Positions 23,771-37,028 of a DNA stretch of 61,683 nt are shown piece after piece. The DNA is from Chiloscyllium plagiosum (taxonomy: Eukaryota): the NCBI RefSeq assembly GCF_004010195.1, contig NC_057719.1, forward strand, positions 5,882,570 through 5,944,252, given 5' to 3'. Within the stretch, counting starts at the first letter, position 1, and each line of letters opens with the position of its first letter. Under the pieces are notes generated by a model. That model saw only the letters and a program-made list of their open reading frames with translations. It did no database searches and was not told the origin of the DNA. Position numbers and translations under genes: made by a program.

Positions 23771-24031
23771 TTGCATAGGCATAGAGTACAAAATGGAACC
23801 CGTGTCAAATTTGTACAAAACACTAGTTTGGCCTCAACTGACACATTTAGTTCCAACCTTTGCATCATTCTTTAGGAAGAATATGAAGACCTTAAAGAAT
23901 GTGCTTCAGTTACATAAAGGTAAAGTTACTATAATCCTATCGGACCATAGGCTGCTTTCTGTTTAGCGGCTGGAATTGGTTAACTTGAGGTGACCACACC
24001 TCAGGTGAAGGGAGAGATTGGGAAGGAGAGT

Positions 24032-24280
24032 ACTTTATGGTGATCTCAGCCCAGTGTTGGAATTGTACCAACGTTGTTGCAAATTGCAAATTAGCTGTCC
24101 AATCAATTGAGCTAATTGACCCAATTCAGTGAAAGTAGTTGAGAGCCACCGTGCCGCCCACTTTATGGTGATCTCAGCCCAGTGTTGGAATTGTACCAAC
24201 GTTGTTGGTGTTATCTGCATTGCAAATTAGCTGTCCAATCAATTGAGCTAATTGACCCAATTCAGTGAAAGTAGTTGAGA
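24032..24280. repeat. ~115 bp direct duplication separated by a SINE 5' tip
   Basis: 24032-24144 approximately equals 24160-24280. Spacer GAGCCACCGTGCCGCCC. Confidence 0.9.
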
Positions 24281-24718
24281 CTGTTTTCTTCAGGTTAGTT
24301 TAAAGGAGGTCCAACGGAGGTGTTCAAAATCATGAGTCTGAAGAGGGTGGGGAGAAACTATTCCATTGGCAGAAGGATCTAAGACCAGAGTGAATACTTT
24401 AAGGTTTTTGGCAAAAGAAACAATAAAGACATGAAAGCAAAAATTGTTTGTGATCTGAATGCAATGTATGATGGAAGCAGACTTGATCACTGTATTTGAA
24501 TCATTATCCATAAAGAAGGTATATCCAGCATCATGGGGAAACATCAGTGATACAAGATGAATTTCTCCTTCAGAGAACTAGCACAGGCATGTCAGGCCAA
24601 ATGTAACCATTCTATGTTTTCTGGGAATGTGGATTCAGAAACCAGCAGCTACTTTGCCCTTTTTTTGTCATAATCATTGTTTTTTAACATGATCTCTGTT
24701 TTTGTTTTTCTTTTCCAG

Positions 24719-24836
24719 TTAGAAGAGGGTGAGCAGTTTGCTAAGATGGTAACAGAGATGAATGAAAAAGAACCTGAGTTTCGGGCCAAAGGTTTCTTAG
24801 CACTTGGCTTAACCTACAGTCTCCAGGCCACAGATG
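24719..24836 (+). CDS. TTC7B: TTC7B internal coding exon ([39 protein letters not shown])
   Basis: Polypyrimidine tract + CAG acceptor at 24717-18, GTAAG donor at 24837. Manual translation resembles human TTC7B as I recall it (LEEAEKFAK...[18 protein letters not shown]). 118 nt, ends in phase 1. Confidence 0.93.
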
Positions 24837-27800
24837 GTAAGGGCATCATATAAAGTCACAAAACTTGGCAGCATGGCCTTATGATTTATACAGTGCGATG
24901 TAGTCCTCCCTGTATTCTCATGGAGAAATTAGGAATAATTACTTTTGCTCCTCTAACTTGTCTTTTTTTCCTAGAGCTGCATAGCTCCTTATCTTCCTGC
25001 CTTTTTCCTACTAAGCATTCGACATCTAAATCTGGTGCCAGTTAACCTCAGCTTTGTTAGACTCTGTGGTATCCTGCACAGTCACCTTGAATTCTTAATT
25101 CAGGAATGTGCCAGGCTTACCGTGTCGTTTCAAACCATTTACAAGCAAAATACTGCCAATGATGAAAATCTAAAATAAAAACAAAGTTCTGGAGTAACTC
25201 AGTGGGTCTGGCAGTATCTGTAGCAAGAGAAGCAGAGTTAATCTTTCGACCTGGTTGAGTCGTCTTTGGAACTGAAAGAGGCTGGAAAATAATGGTTTAT
25301 GTGCTGTTGAGCAGGAAGAGAAATGAGTGGAACAGATGGTGAGGGCATCCACAGCAAAGCACAAGTGGAAAGCTAAAGTTATTAAAGGTAGATATAGATG
25401 CAAACTGATATTATTGATAGGTGTGAATAGTTGAAAATAGGTCACCTTTGCTGAGAGCAAATCTATGCCATCAAGATATCTGATGGAGGATAATAAAAAT
25501 GGAGGATTGTGTTCATGCCCTAAAGTTCTTGAATGCAGTGTTGAGCCCCGAAAGCTAAAAGTATCGAATCAAAAGTAAGATGGTGTCCTCTAGCATGCAT
25601 TAGGTTTCACTGGAACACTGCAGGGTAAAAACGTTTCATTTTCCAGTCCTCTTCAGCTCCATAGAAGAGTCATTGAGCTTGAAGTATTAATACTGTTTCT
25701 CTGGCTGTAGATCTTGCTAAACTTGCTGAGTTTCTCCAGCAGTTTGTGTTGATGTCTTAAATCGGTTTGGGGCAAGAAGAAAGGATATCAATTGGATCTT
25801 TCCTAGTTCATGCACAAATTTTTAATACAACACCTCAGTTGCATCCTCAAATTATCTCAAATTGGCAGGACACAAACAGGAAGCTATTCAGGGCATTGAG
25901 TCTATGCCAATTCTGTCAGAGGACAATTCAGTCAGTCCCACACCCCTGATCTTTCACCAAGTCCTAAATTATTTATCTACATAATTTAACAATTCAATTC
26001 CTTTTTGGAAACTATGATTACATTTTGGAACCTTAAGTATTAACTATAATTATTCACAGCTTAGATCACAGGGCAGAGTGCTTCATAAGTTTGCAAATGA
26101 CACAAAGATTGTCAGCATTTTAACATTATAGAAGGAAGCATAAAATTCCAAAGAGATGTAAATAAAGTGAATCAAGAAGGCTATGCCAAATGGATTTCAA
26201 TATTTTTGAGTGTGGGAAATACGTTCTAAATGATGGAAAGCTAGAAAGTGTAGAGGTCAAAAAGTAATTAGGGGTCTGTGTACATAGATCAGTAAAATAT
26301 CATGATCAAATACAAAACTCATGAAAAAGACTAATAGAATGCTGGTTAGTATATCCAGAGAACTGCAAACAGAACGGGTTGGAACGTTTGTGATGCTTAC
26401 TTTACAAACACCTAAAGTGCCATGTTCAGCTCTGGGCACCACACCTCAGGGAAGGACACATTGGTCTTGGATAGCATGCTATATGGACTCACCAGAATGA
26501 CACCTGGCTCTCACTGTTAAATTCAATGCATTAAATACAGAAACTGAGCTTGTAGTCTTTGCAATTTCAACCATGATGGAACGATTTGATTTAAATTTTC
26601 AAAATACTAAGGAGACCATAGGCTATATAACTGGGGAAACTGTAACTGGAAGACATGGTTTTAAAAATAGAGCCAAGTCTTTTGGAGAATAAAAGTAGGA
26701 AACACTCTGCATACAAAGCTATCTTCCACAAATGGAAGTTGATTATTTTGTTGAAAAACTGAGGTAGAAAGATTTCTATGAAGCAAAGGTACTAAGTGAT
26801 TTGAAGCAAAGGTGAATATATAGCATCATGATCTTCTTTAATTGTGGAGCAGGCTCAAGGAGCTAATTTGTGTTTTCCTGTTTCTATGAATTGGTATTTA
26901 CAATTCTATTGAGCAGTGAATCCTGAAGAAAGTGGTTCTTCTGCCAATCACCTTTGATTAACAATGCTTTAGCCATCAGAAACAATGTCTCCTTACTTAC
27001 TCTATACTCTTAAATTTATATGCTTCTATTAAAGCTCCTCTTAGTCCTAGTTTCTCTAGTCTATCCATATAACTGGAATCACTTGTGAAATTGACTATCA
27101 AAGGTCAGCATGGGACCCCAGTCATATTCCAAGCTAGGCAGGGCTGCCTGTGTTTTGTCAATATTTGTAATGTTCCATTCATGTGATGTGTTGAACCTCC
27201 ACAGGCTTCCTTTTTCAAGCTGTCCTTTATTATTAGCAACCGCCTTGTTACCTCATGCGGTTGTCCCAACAGGTACTGATCTTGCGCTCCCATTCTCTCT
27301 CTAGTCTCATACAGATTTTGACTATTCTCAGTTTTAAAGTCATAAGCCTCGCTGAATCTGGTGGACTTGAACATTGCAGTTCCCATGCTTTGCCTCCATG
27401 CCCTGGAAACTCATTAAAAGCCATGTTGTACGCGATGAAAGTACAAGTACATTTTGTGGTCCCAGTTGGGAGCTACCAACCCTGGTTGCATGTATCACAG
27501 GAGGATATGATTGCATTATCTCCCACCTAAAATCACTCCACAGTCCAGCCTACTCAATATGTTTGTGACCGTGGCCTTCCCCACGTCAATCGAAAAATAA
27601 ACAATTTCTTCATTACTTGATTGAATCATTATTGACTCTGCTAAACAGCCTTTCTTCCACCCCTCCCCCATCTCCAATTTCTTTATATGTCCCTCCACAG
27701 TTGCCCATAATAGTGTCCAGGAATCCTGGCGATGTTGGAACAATTCAAGGCTGCTACCTGCCCAACCCAACCAGTGAAAGTGTAGTAAATGTTTTCTCAC

Positions 27801-28109
27801 CTGTAATATTCCAGTCCATCTTGTCTATTTTAGACCCCAGCTTTATCACTAGATGTTTACCTGCTGAGTCTTTGATTAACAGAATATAGAAGCAAAGTAT
27901 TGTGGGTGCTGGAAACCTGAAGTAAAACAGGAAATGCTCGAACTGGCAGGATCTATCAAGAGAAAAGCAGTTACCATTTCAGGTCTGTGACCTTTCATCA
28001 GACATGAGGCTGCCAGATCTGCTGAGTGTTTGCTGCATTTTCTGATTTGATATTTCAATTCCTGGTCTGTGCTCACGTTATTAACAAGTCATTGATTTTT
28101 TTTTTAAAG

Positions 28110-28167
28110 CTACATTGAGAGGAATGCAAGAGGACCTCCAGAAAAAAGCACTTCGAGCATTTCAGAG
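28110..28167 (+). CDS. TTC7B: TTC7B internal coding exon ((A)TLRGMQEDLQKKALRAFQ(R))
   Basis: T-rich tract + AAG acceptor, GT donor at 28168. Phase 1 in / phase 2 out joins the neighbouring exons in frame. Matches TTC7B ASLRGMQEVLQRKALLAFQR. Confidence 0.92.
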
Positions 28168-28983
28168 GTGTGTGTTTAAAAAAAACAAAGTAAATAAACA
28201 CCTTTGAAAAATGTAATATATAATTCTTACGGTTACCATGACAACTAAAATGGATGAGATATTTTGCTTGCAAGCTTTAATTGCACACAACACCTCTCTG
28301 AGTGCTCCAGTGGAGAGTTTCTGACTACGAAGTAAGTGCTAGCAACTTTTAGCCTATTTTTAGGATTAATGGGAGCATATATTTGTGTAGGTGTCTGATA
28401 GTCATCACTTACGGCAAAAGGAGTGTCACCAGAACATGGAGGTAAAGCAGTGGGAATGAATTGTGAGCATTAAAGTTCTTTTTCGGGTGTCTCTCTGCTC
28501 ACCCATGGGAGAGATGTTAGCACTGAGAAAACAGAACAGTCTTCTTTGAGATGCAGTCAGCTGCAGAGTAAAGTAACTTGCTCAAGTTATTTGTTGCATT
28601 CTCAGAAGACCATGGCATACTGCTTATAAATGTTACATCACTTGACTGTGGCTCTCCCACCATATTGAATTTGAGAGTGATGTCCCGAACTGCAAAAGTC
28701 TTAAATAAAGCCAATTACAGAGGTGTCAAGTACATTGGAAAATTGGATTAAAAGATATGGAGGTAAATACTTGAAGAAATATTTCATAATTCTGAACAAA
28801 TAGGCATTCCAATGAGAAATAAAACATCCACAGAAAAATTGATCCCTCTGTGGCCAACCAAAGCAGTTAAAGGATATTTTTCGATATTAAAAAAATGGCT
28901 TATAATGATGCCAAGATGATTAAAAAGCATGAGGATTATGAAAGTTTTGGAAGCTATCATATGATGACCAAAAGTGTATTAAG

Positions 28984-29120
28984 CTGAAAATGTGTTGCTA
29001 GAAAAGCGCAGCAGGTCAGGCAGCATCCAAGGAGCAGGAGAATCGACGTTTCAGGCATGAGCCTTTCTTCAGGAATTCCTGCAACACATTTTCAGCATCT
29101 GCAGTCCTCACTTTCTCCTC
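28984..29120. mobile_element. Partial fold-back PLE terminal element, TSD AAAAGTGTATTAAG
   Basis: TSD at 28970-28983 and 29122-29135. Confidence 0.85.
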
Positions 29121-29258
29121 AAAAAGTGTATTAAGGGCAAGTAAGTGAATATGAGAGTAACAAGAACAGACATTGCTGGAAAAACTCAGCAGGTCTGGCA
29201 GCATCTGTGAAGAGAATCAGTTAACGTTTTGGGCCCAGTGACCATTCCTCATAACTTG

Positions 29259-30028
29259 GCAGATGTGGCTACTGCAGATGCTGGAGATTAGAATCAAGAT
29301 TAGAGTGGTGCTGGAAAAGCACAGCAGGTCAGGCAGCATCTGAGGAGCAGGAAAATCGACAAAGGCCCTTTATCAGGAATGAGGCTGGGAGCCTCGGGGG
29401 TGGAGAGATAAATGGGAGGGGGGTGGGCCTGGGGAGAAGGTAGCTGAGAGTGCAATAGGTGGATGGAGGTGGGGGTAAAGGTGATAGGTCAGAGAGGAGG
29501 GTGGAGCAGATGGATGGAAAGGAAGATTGACAGATGAGACAGGTCATGAGAACAGTGCTGAGCTGGAAGGCTGGAACTGGAGGGAGGGGAAATGAGAAAA
29601 CTGGTGAGGTCCATGTTGATGCCTTGGGGTTAAAGGGTCCCAAGGCGGAAGATGAGACATTCTTCCTTCAGGCGTTGGGAGGTAAGGGAGTGGCGATGGA
29701 GGAAGCCCAGCACCTGCATGTCCTCGGTAGAGTGGGAAGGGGAGTTGAAATGTTCGGCCACAGGTTGGTGGGTTTGATTGGTGTGGGTGTCCAGGAGATG
29801 TTCTCTGAAGCGCTCTACGAGAAGGCGTCCAGTCTCGCCAGTGTAGATGAGACCGCATCGGGAGCAGCAGATACAGTAAATGATACGTGTGGAAGTGCAG
29901 GTGAAACTTTGATGAATGTGGAATGCTCCTTTGGGGCCTTGGATGGAGGTGAGGAGGGAGGTGGGTAGGTGTGGGCGCAGGCTTTGCAATTCCTGCGGTG
30001 GCAGAGGAGGGTGGGTTGTTAGGGGGCC
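29259..30028 (-). mobile_element. Neptune-like PLE 3' portion: GIY-YIG endonuclease and terminal repeat
   Basis: ORF 29630..30043: IIYCICCSRCGLIYTGETGRLLVERFREH...PVAEHFNSPSHS (GIY-YIG with CCHH). Confidence 0.9.
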
Positions 30029-31473
30029 TTCCCAACTTCCCACCTATCCACTCCACCCTCCTCTCCGACCTATCACCTTTACCCCACCTCCTCCTACCGC
30101 CCCCTTGACCATGACATCACCCCCCAACACCAAACCATCATCTCCCAGACCGTACACAACCTGATCACCTCAGGGGATCTCCCACCCACAGCTTCCAACC
30201 TCATAGTTTGGGAACCCTGCATCGCCCGGTTCTACCTCCTACCCAAGGTCCACAAGCCTGACTACCTCGGCCGACCAATCGTCTCAGTCTGCTCCTGCCC
30301 CACTGAATTCATCTTCACCTACCTCGATACTGTCCTATTCCTCCCTGGTTCAGGAATTCTCCACATGCATTCGGGACACCACTCACCTCCTCCACCTCCT
30401 CCAAGACTTCCGTTTCCCCGGCCCCTGATACCTCATCTTACCTTGGACATCCAATCCTCTACACCTCCATCTACCTTGGCCAGGGCCTGCAAGCCCTCCA
30501 TTTCTTCGTCTCCTGACATCCCCACCAGTACCCTTCCACTGACACTCTCATTCTTTTGGTTGAACTGGTCCTCACCAATTTCTCCTCCAAATCCTCCCAC
30601 TTCCTTGAAATGAAAGGGGTAGCCATGGGCACCCGTATGGACCCCAGCTATGCCTCTCTCTTTGTTGGCTATGTAGAACAGTCCATCTTCCAGAGTTACA
30701 CTGGCACCATTCCCCATCTCTTCCTCCGCTACATTGATGACTGCATTGGCACCACCTTGTGCTCCCATAAAGAGGTTGTACAGTTCATCAACTCCACCCG
30801 ACCTTAAAGTCACCTGGACCATCTCTGACACTTCCTTCCCCATTCTGGACCTCTCCATCTCCATCAACGATGACTCACTTAACACTGACATTTTCTACAA
30901 ACCCATCAACTCCTACAGCTACCTGGATTACACCTTCTCCCACCTTACCTCCTGCAAAAATGCCATCCCGTATTTCCAATTCCTCCACCTCAGCAGCACC
31001 TGCTCCCAGGAGGACCAGTTCCACCACAGCATACACTAGATGGCCTTCCTCTTTCAAGGCGGAACTTCCCCTCCCATGTGGTTGAAGATGCCCTCCAATG
31101 CATCTCATCATGTCCCGCACCTCTGCCCTCAAACTCCACCCCTCTAACCGCAACAAGGACAGAACTCCCCTGGTCCTCACCTGCCACCCCACCAACTTCT
31201 GCATAGATCGCATTATTTGCCGACATTTCTGCCACCTACAAATGCACCCCACCACCAGGGATATATTTCCCTCCCCACCCCTATCTACTTTCGTAAAGAC
31301 CGTTCCCTCCACAACTACGTGGTCAGGTCCACGCCCCCTAACAACCCACCATCCTCTCCTGGCACCTTCCCCTGCCACCGCAGGAATTGCAAAACCTGCG
31401 CCCACACCTCCCCCCTCACCATTATCCAAGGCCCCAAAGGAGCCTTCCACGTCCATCAAAGTTTCACCTGCTC
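30029..31473 (+). mobile_element. Neptune-like PLE reverse transcriptase region (frameshifted), inverted relative to its 3' end
   Basis: FYLLPKVHK..GRP, GVAMGTRMDPSYASLFVG, FLRYIDD, FYKP..S.SYLDY and the zinc-knuckle linker GTFPCHRRNCKTCAH. Whole 29259-31473 unit flanked by TTCCTyATAACTTG (29245-58; 31474-87). Confidence 0.9.
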
Positions 31474-32671
31474 TTCCTTATAACTTGCGCCATTCTGACA
31501 AAAGGTCACCGGACCTGTTACGTTAATTCTGATTTCTCTTCACAGATGCTGCCAGACCTGCTGAGCTTTTCCAGCAATTTTTGTATTTGGTTCTGATTTA
31601 AAGCATCTGCAGTTCTTTCAGTTTTTGTTTAGAATGTGAGAGTAAACTAGTAAGAATAATAAAAGCAAATTTTAAGAGCTACATGTATGTGAAATAGTCG
31701 AGAGTGATGACAGTAAATGCCAATCTCGTGGAGTCTGAGACAGGATAAATTATAATAGGAATAAAGAAATGGCAGAGATGATAAACAAATATTTTATTCG
31801 TTAACAGTATAAATCACAAAAATTGCTACAGGTTCGGAAAACTTACAAGTACTGTTAGAAATAAAGAAACTGGACCCTGGCCTTGCCAGGAATTCCATGT
31901 ACAGCACTGACAATGCCATTTTGTGTTAGCAGAACTTCTGTTTTCTATCCAGTCATCTGCCTCAATAAATATGGTCCCAAGTGTCACAACTCACTGATGT
32001 AGCACACTGGAAATCAGACCCTGCTATCCCCTAAAGAAAACAGAAATTGTTGGAAAAGCTCATTTGTGGACAGAAATCTGAGTCAGTGTTTCGGGACGAG
32101 TGTCCCTTCCTGCTATCCCGTGTTCAACAGAGACTTTGAAAAGGATGGGCCTGTACCTTTAGATTTCAGAAACTGAAATTAGTTTGTTCAAGCATCATCG
32201 GTCTGAGAAGGCTTTTCAGCATAATGGTGAAAGAATGTTTCCTCCCACTGGTCAGCCGAGAGCTAGGAAACATTAACAAATGACAAAGGAGTCTGCCATT
32301 TTAAACTCAGATGAGGAGAAATTTCTTCTTCAAAGGATTGTGGGCATTATGATTCTCAGACACAGAGAGCTGTGAAATCTTAGTTGAGTATATTCAAAGC
32401 TGAGAATGCCCTGGTTTTGAACTCTCTAGGGAAACGTGTGATTATAAGGGTTAAGTCGAATTGAAATTGAAGATGAAATGTGATCTTCCTGACTGGTGGC
32501 GTAGGCTCTACGGCTTGCCCCTGCACCTATTTATGTTATTTTGTTAAGAAAACACCAGCAGGAAAATAATTTTGTCTGCTGTAGAGTATTTCCTCTTTAA
32601 ATTGATTTTCTAAGACAAAAGCAAGTCTTTAAACACTCATTGTTGCCTTTTCTGTCACTTTGGCACCCCAG

Positions 32672-32744
32672 AGCTCATGGGTTATGTCCAACTGATCACC
32701 AGGCTGCTTTCTACCTGGCTCTTCAGCTTGCCATATCAAGGCAG
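32672..32744 (+). CDS. TTC7B: TTC7B internal coding exon ((R)AHGLCPTDHQAAFYLALQLAISRQ)
   Basis: CAG acceptor ending 32671, GTGAGT donor at 32745. Near-identical to TTC7B RAHSLSPTDHQAAFYLALQLAISRQ (TPR region). Confidence 0.94.
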
Positions 32745-34957
32745 GTGAGTACTTGACTTCGCACCTTGGTTTCTTTAACATGTTCAGTGATTTGCCACTT
32801 TCTTTAACAGTTTGAGATGAGGTTATTCAAGGAGTATAGGGGGTAGAGTCGTAAAGAGGGCGAGAAATGAGGCAAACAATTCAGAGATGATGAGTTCTAA
32901 TCCCACTGTGGCATGCTGTGACCTTGCTTTTAATAAATTACTGATTTGTGGTCAGGAACAATTTCAAGATTGTTGCATTGATTTAGTTACAAAAAGCTCA
33001 CTGGTTCATTAGGAAAGGGAAACGACCACCCTTGCCTAGCCAAAACTACACACCTTTAGTGGTGAGTGACCATAATATGGGAGCATTTACATTGTGTATG
33101 AAAGTAAAGTAGTTGAATCTGAACCCAGGGATGTTAAATTTGAACGAAAGAAATGCTGAAGGTATAAAGGACAAATTGTGATGATTTAGAAATATACCTT
33201 TAAAAAGTATGTAGACAGCGAATTTAAAGCATTGCAACATTTTTCCATTCCTTTAAGGCACAAAATCCCAAAGATTAGTGTACACAGCTCCCTAACTTAG
33301 CAGTTTTTTTTAGATCGAAGTTGACAGAAAGTACAGAAACTAGGCCTGTGCTTAAGAAAAATTACTTTTATTGCAAATAAATAGATTTTAGCTACAGGTA
33401 AAGAATTATGAACAATCAACTTATAATTCTACCAGTTAAAATGCTAACCCTTTTATTAAACTCCCCCTACAAACATACAGTCACAAAGAAATTATGGGCA
33501 GAGGAAAAGACTGTGGAGCAGTTTGGTAGTCCCTCTCCTTTTAGATTATCAGGATTTGCTGCTCCCTGCTCTTCCTTCTCTAAGTACTTCCACTTGCATG
33601 CAAGATTGACAGAGTAACTGATTCACAATTGTAAAGTCTCTGACTCCCATATCATTCCACAATCAAAATTTCCAGACTAAAAAAGTACAGTGTTTATACT
33701 AGACAACAACAGACTTCTGAATGCCAATGACAGAAAGGGATATGGAGTTAGTGAGGGAAAAAGACATCAAAGAGGAAGATCAGCCATGATCATCATGAAT
33801 GATCGAACAGGCTCGGTGGGCTGAATAGCCTACTCCAATTGTGTGTTCCTGTGACTCCAACACAAGTGATCACTCCTTTCTGTAAACTGTGCAGTAACCC
33901 AGAAGTTAAAAAATTGAAAAGTAATGCCTGTTTCAATTATTGGTATACAACAAAAAAAATCAGGGAATGTTGAGTGTCATCATTTTTGAAATTTCATTAA
34001 TTTGATGTGAGCGTTACTGCTAAGGGCAATATTTATTACTAATCCCTCCTTGGGAAGATGGTGGCCTGCCACATTTTGAAGTCCACATGATATACCTTAG
34101 CCCTCGTGGTTTTATATAACTGGATAACTTGTGACGTCATTGTAGGGCAGATAAGAGTCAACCACTTTGCTGTGGATGTACAGTCCCAAGTAAGACAAAT
34201 GGGTAAGGATGGCCGATCTTTTCTCTAATGGAAATGGTAAACCACTTGGGTTTTTCTGATAGATTGATAATTAGGTGACATCGTTAATAAATGTGTAATT
34301 CTCATCTTGATTTATTTGATCAGTTAATTTTAAGTTCCACTGTTGCCATGGTAACATTTGAACTCCTGTTTCTAGATTATCAGACTAGGCTCTGGACTTC
34401 TAGTCCAGAAATGTAACCACTATACTATCATAACCAACTATACTATCATAACCAACTTGGTTGCCTCTTAACGATCCACTTTCCAGGGCAGTTAGGGACT
34501 GACGTTTGTAGCGATCGAATGTTTCGCATTCCTGATCTTTCTGCTACTCAGCCAAACGCACTGCTGTCACCATCAGGGAAAGTTTCAAGAGGTCTCCAGT
34601 AAAGCAGTAGCAGTCATGACTTTGATTTTGAGAAAATTAAGAACCGTATTCTGAAAAAATAGGCCATCAATTGAATGTGTATTCCACAGAACTTTAAACG
34701 GTTTTCTTCAGTTTAAAGTGGGGAGGGCAGTATGGTTAGCTCTGACCCGCTTATAGGTATCATTGGTTTCAATTTTTCATCTGACTTGTTTCCACAAATT
34801 CATGTTTTCTGATCACAGGAATCAAGTGATTCAATGTTTGCAAATCATGGAATGAGACTGAAAACAGCTGTAAATTGAGCACAATACTTTCACAGGATTT
34901 CACTGTGCTCCAGACTTGTTGCCTTATTTACTGTGTAACGCTGTGTATTGCTTTCAG

Positions 34958-35118
34958 ATCCCAGAAGCACTGGGTTATGTTCGACAAGCTTTGCAACTGC
35001 AGGGAGATGATGTGAACTCCTTGCACCTACTGGCATTGCTTCTTTCAGCGCAGAAGCACTATCATGATGCTGTAAACATTATCGACATGGCACTGAGTGA
35101 ATATCCTGAACACTTTGT
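34958..35118 (+). CDS. TTC7B: TTC7B internal coding exon (IPEALGYVRQALQLQGDDVNSLHLLALLLSAQKHYHDAVNIIDMALSEYPEHF)
   Basis: TTTCAG acceptor, GTGAGT donor at 35119. Contained in track ORF 34916..35122. TPR helix sequence typical of TTC7B rather than TTC7A. Confidence 0.96.
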
Positions 35119-35419
35119 GTGAGTACCTAACCCTTTTGGTTCTTTGATTTGATTTATTATTGTCACGTACCTAGGTACAGTGAAATGCTAATGGGGAATC
35201 AATAAGGTTTACTTCAGCATAGGTCACTGAAGCAAAGAGTATTCTGTGAGGCTGAAACAGTGTATTTAAACTTGGTCTTCATGTTTGACACAGAGCTGAT
35301 AACATAACAAAAACAGAAATTGCTGGAGAACCTCAGCAACTCTGACAGCATCTGTGGAGAGAAAGCAGATTTGATGTTTTGGTCCAGTGACCCTTCTTCA
35401 GAACTAGTAGACGGTAGGA

Positions 35420-35935
35420 TAAGGTGAGGTTGTTGATTTGCTCGCTGAGCTGGTGAGTTTATTTGCCAGCATTTCATCACCATTCTAGATAGCACCATCA
35501 GTGAGCCTCCGGTGAAGTGTTGGTGTTCTGTCCCGCTTGCTATTTATCTGTCTGGGTCTGCTGGGATTGGTGATGTCATTTACAGTTTTGTTTTTGGTTC
35601 TGTTTCTTAGTGGTTGGTAAATGGGATTCAAATCTATATGTGTGTTAATGGAGTTCCAGATTGAGTGCTAGGAATTCCCGTGTATGTCTCTGTTTGGCTT
35701 GTCCTCGAATAATTAGGAGACCCAGTCAAAATGGCGACCTTCATTGTCTGTGTGAAGTCATACAAGTGATAGCTGATCATGTCTCTTGGTATCTAGTTGG
35801 TGTTCGCGTAAGCTGGTGGCTACTTTCCTTCCTAATTGCCCTATATAGTGTTTTTGGCAGGCTTTACACGGTATTTTGAACATAATGTTGGTCCTGTTGA
35901 TTGTGGGTGTAGGATCCTTTATACTTGTTAGAAGT
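35420..35935 (-). mobile_element. Poseidon-like PLE 3' fragment (GIY-YIG plus terminal repeat)
   Basis: Minus-strand translation ~35935-35770: TNIMFKIPCKACQKHYIGQLGRKVATSLREHQL. Terminal repeat shared with 47280-47740. Confidence 0.78.
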
Positions 35936-36526
35936 TGTCATAGTCAAAAAGTGTGGTGCTGGAAAGGCCTAGCAGGTTAGGCAGCATCCAAGGAGCAGGA
36001 GAGATATAAGACCATAAGACATAGGAGTGGAAGCAAGGCCATTTGGCCCATCAGGTCCACTCTGCCATTTAATCATGGCTGATTGGCTTTTCAATTCCAC
36101 TTGCCCGCACTCTCCGTGTAGCCTTTAATTCCTTGTGAGATCAAGAATTTATCAATCTCTGATTTGAAGGCACCCAACGTCCTGGCCTCCACTGCGTTCC
36201 GTGGCAATGAATTCCACAGGCCCACAACTTTCTGGTAAAAGAAATGTCTCCTCATTTCCATTCTAAATTGACCCCTCTAATTTTAAGGCTATGCCCACGG
36301 ATCCTAGTCTCCCTGCCTAACAGAAACAACTTCCCAGCATCCACCCTTTGTAAGCCATGCATCATAGAGTCATGGAGATGTACAGCATGGAAACAGACCC
36401 TTCAGTCCAACCCGTCCATGCCGACCAGATATCCCAACCCAATCTAGTCCCACCTGCCAGCACCCGGCCCATATCCCTCCAAACCCTTCCTATTCATATA
36501 CCCATCCAAATGCCTCTTAAATGTTG

Positions 36527-37028
36527 NNNNNNNNNNNNNNNNNNNNNNNNNNNNNNNNNNNNNNNNNNNNNNNNNNNNNNNNNNNNNNNNNNNNNNNNNN
36601 NNNNNNNNNNNNNNNNNNNNNNNNNNNNNNNNNNNNNNNNNNNNNNNNNNNNNNNNNNNNNNNNNNNNNNNNNNNNNNNNNNNNNNNNNNNNNNNNNNNN
36701 NNNNNNNNNNNNNNNNNNNNNNNNNNNNNNNNNNNNNNNNNNNNNNNNNNNNNNNNNNNNNNNNNNNNNNNNNNNNNNNNNNNNNNNNNNNNNNNNNNNN
36801 NNNNNNNNNNNNNNNNNNNNNNNNNNNNNNNNNNNNNNNNNNNNNNNNNNNNNNNNNNNNNNNNNNNNNNNNNNNNNNNNNNNNNNNNNNNNNNNNNNNN
36901 NNNNNNNNNNNNNNNNNNNNNNNNNNNNNNNNNNNNNNNNNNNNNNNNNNNNNNNNNNNNNNNNNNNNNNNNNNNNNNNNNNNNNNNNNNNNNNNNNNNN
37001 NNNNNNNNNNNNNNNNNNNNNNNNNNNN
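36527..37028. other. Assembly gap (N run)
   Basis: N characters. Confidence 1.
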
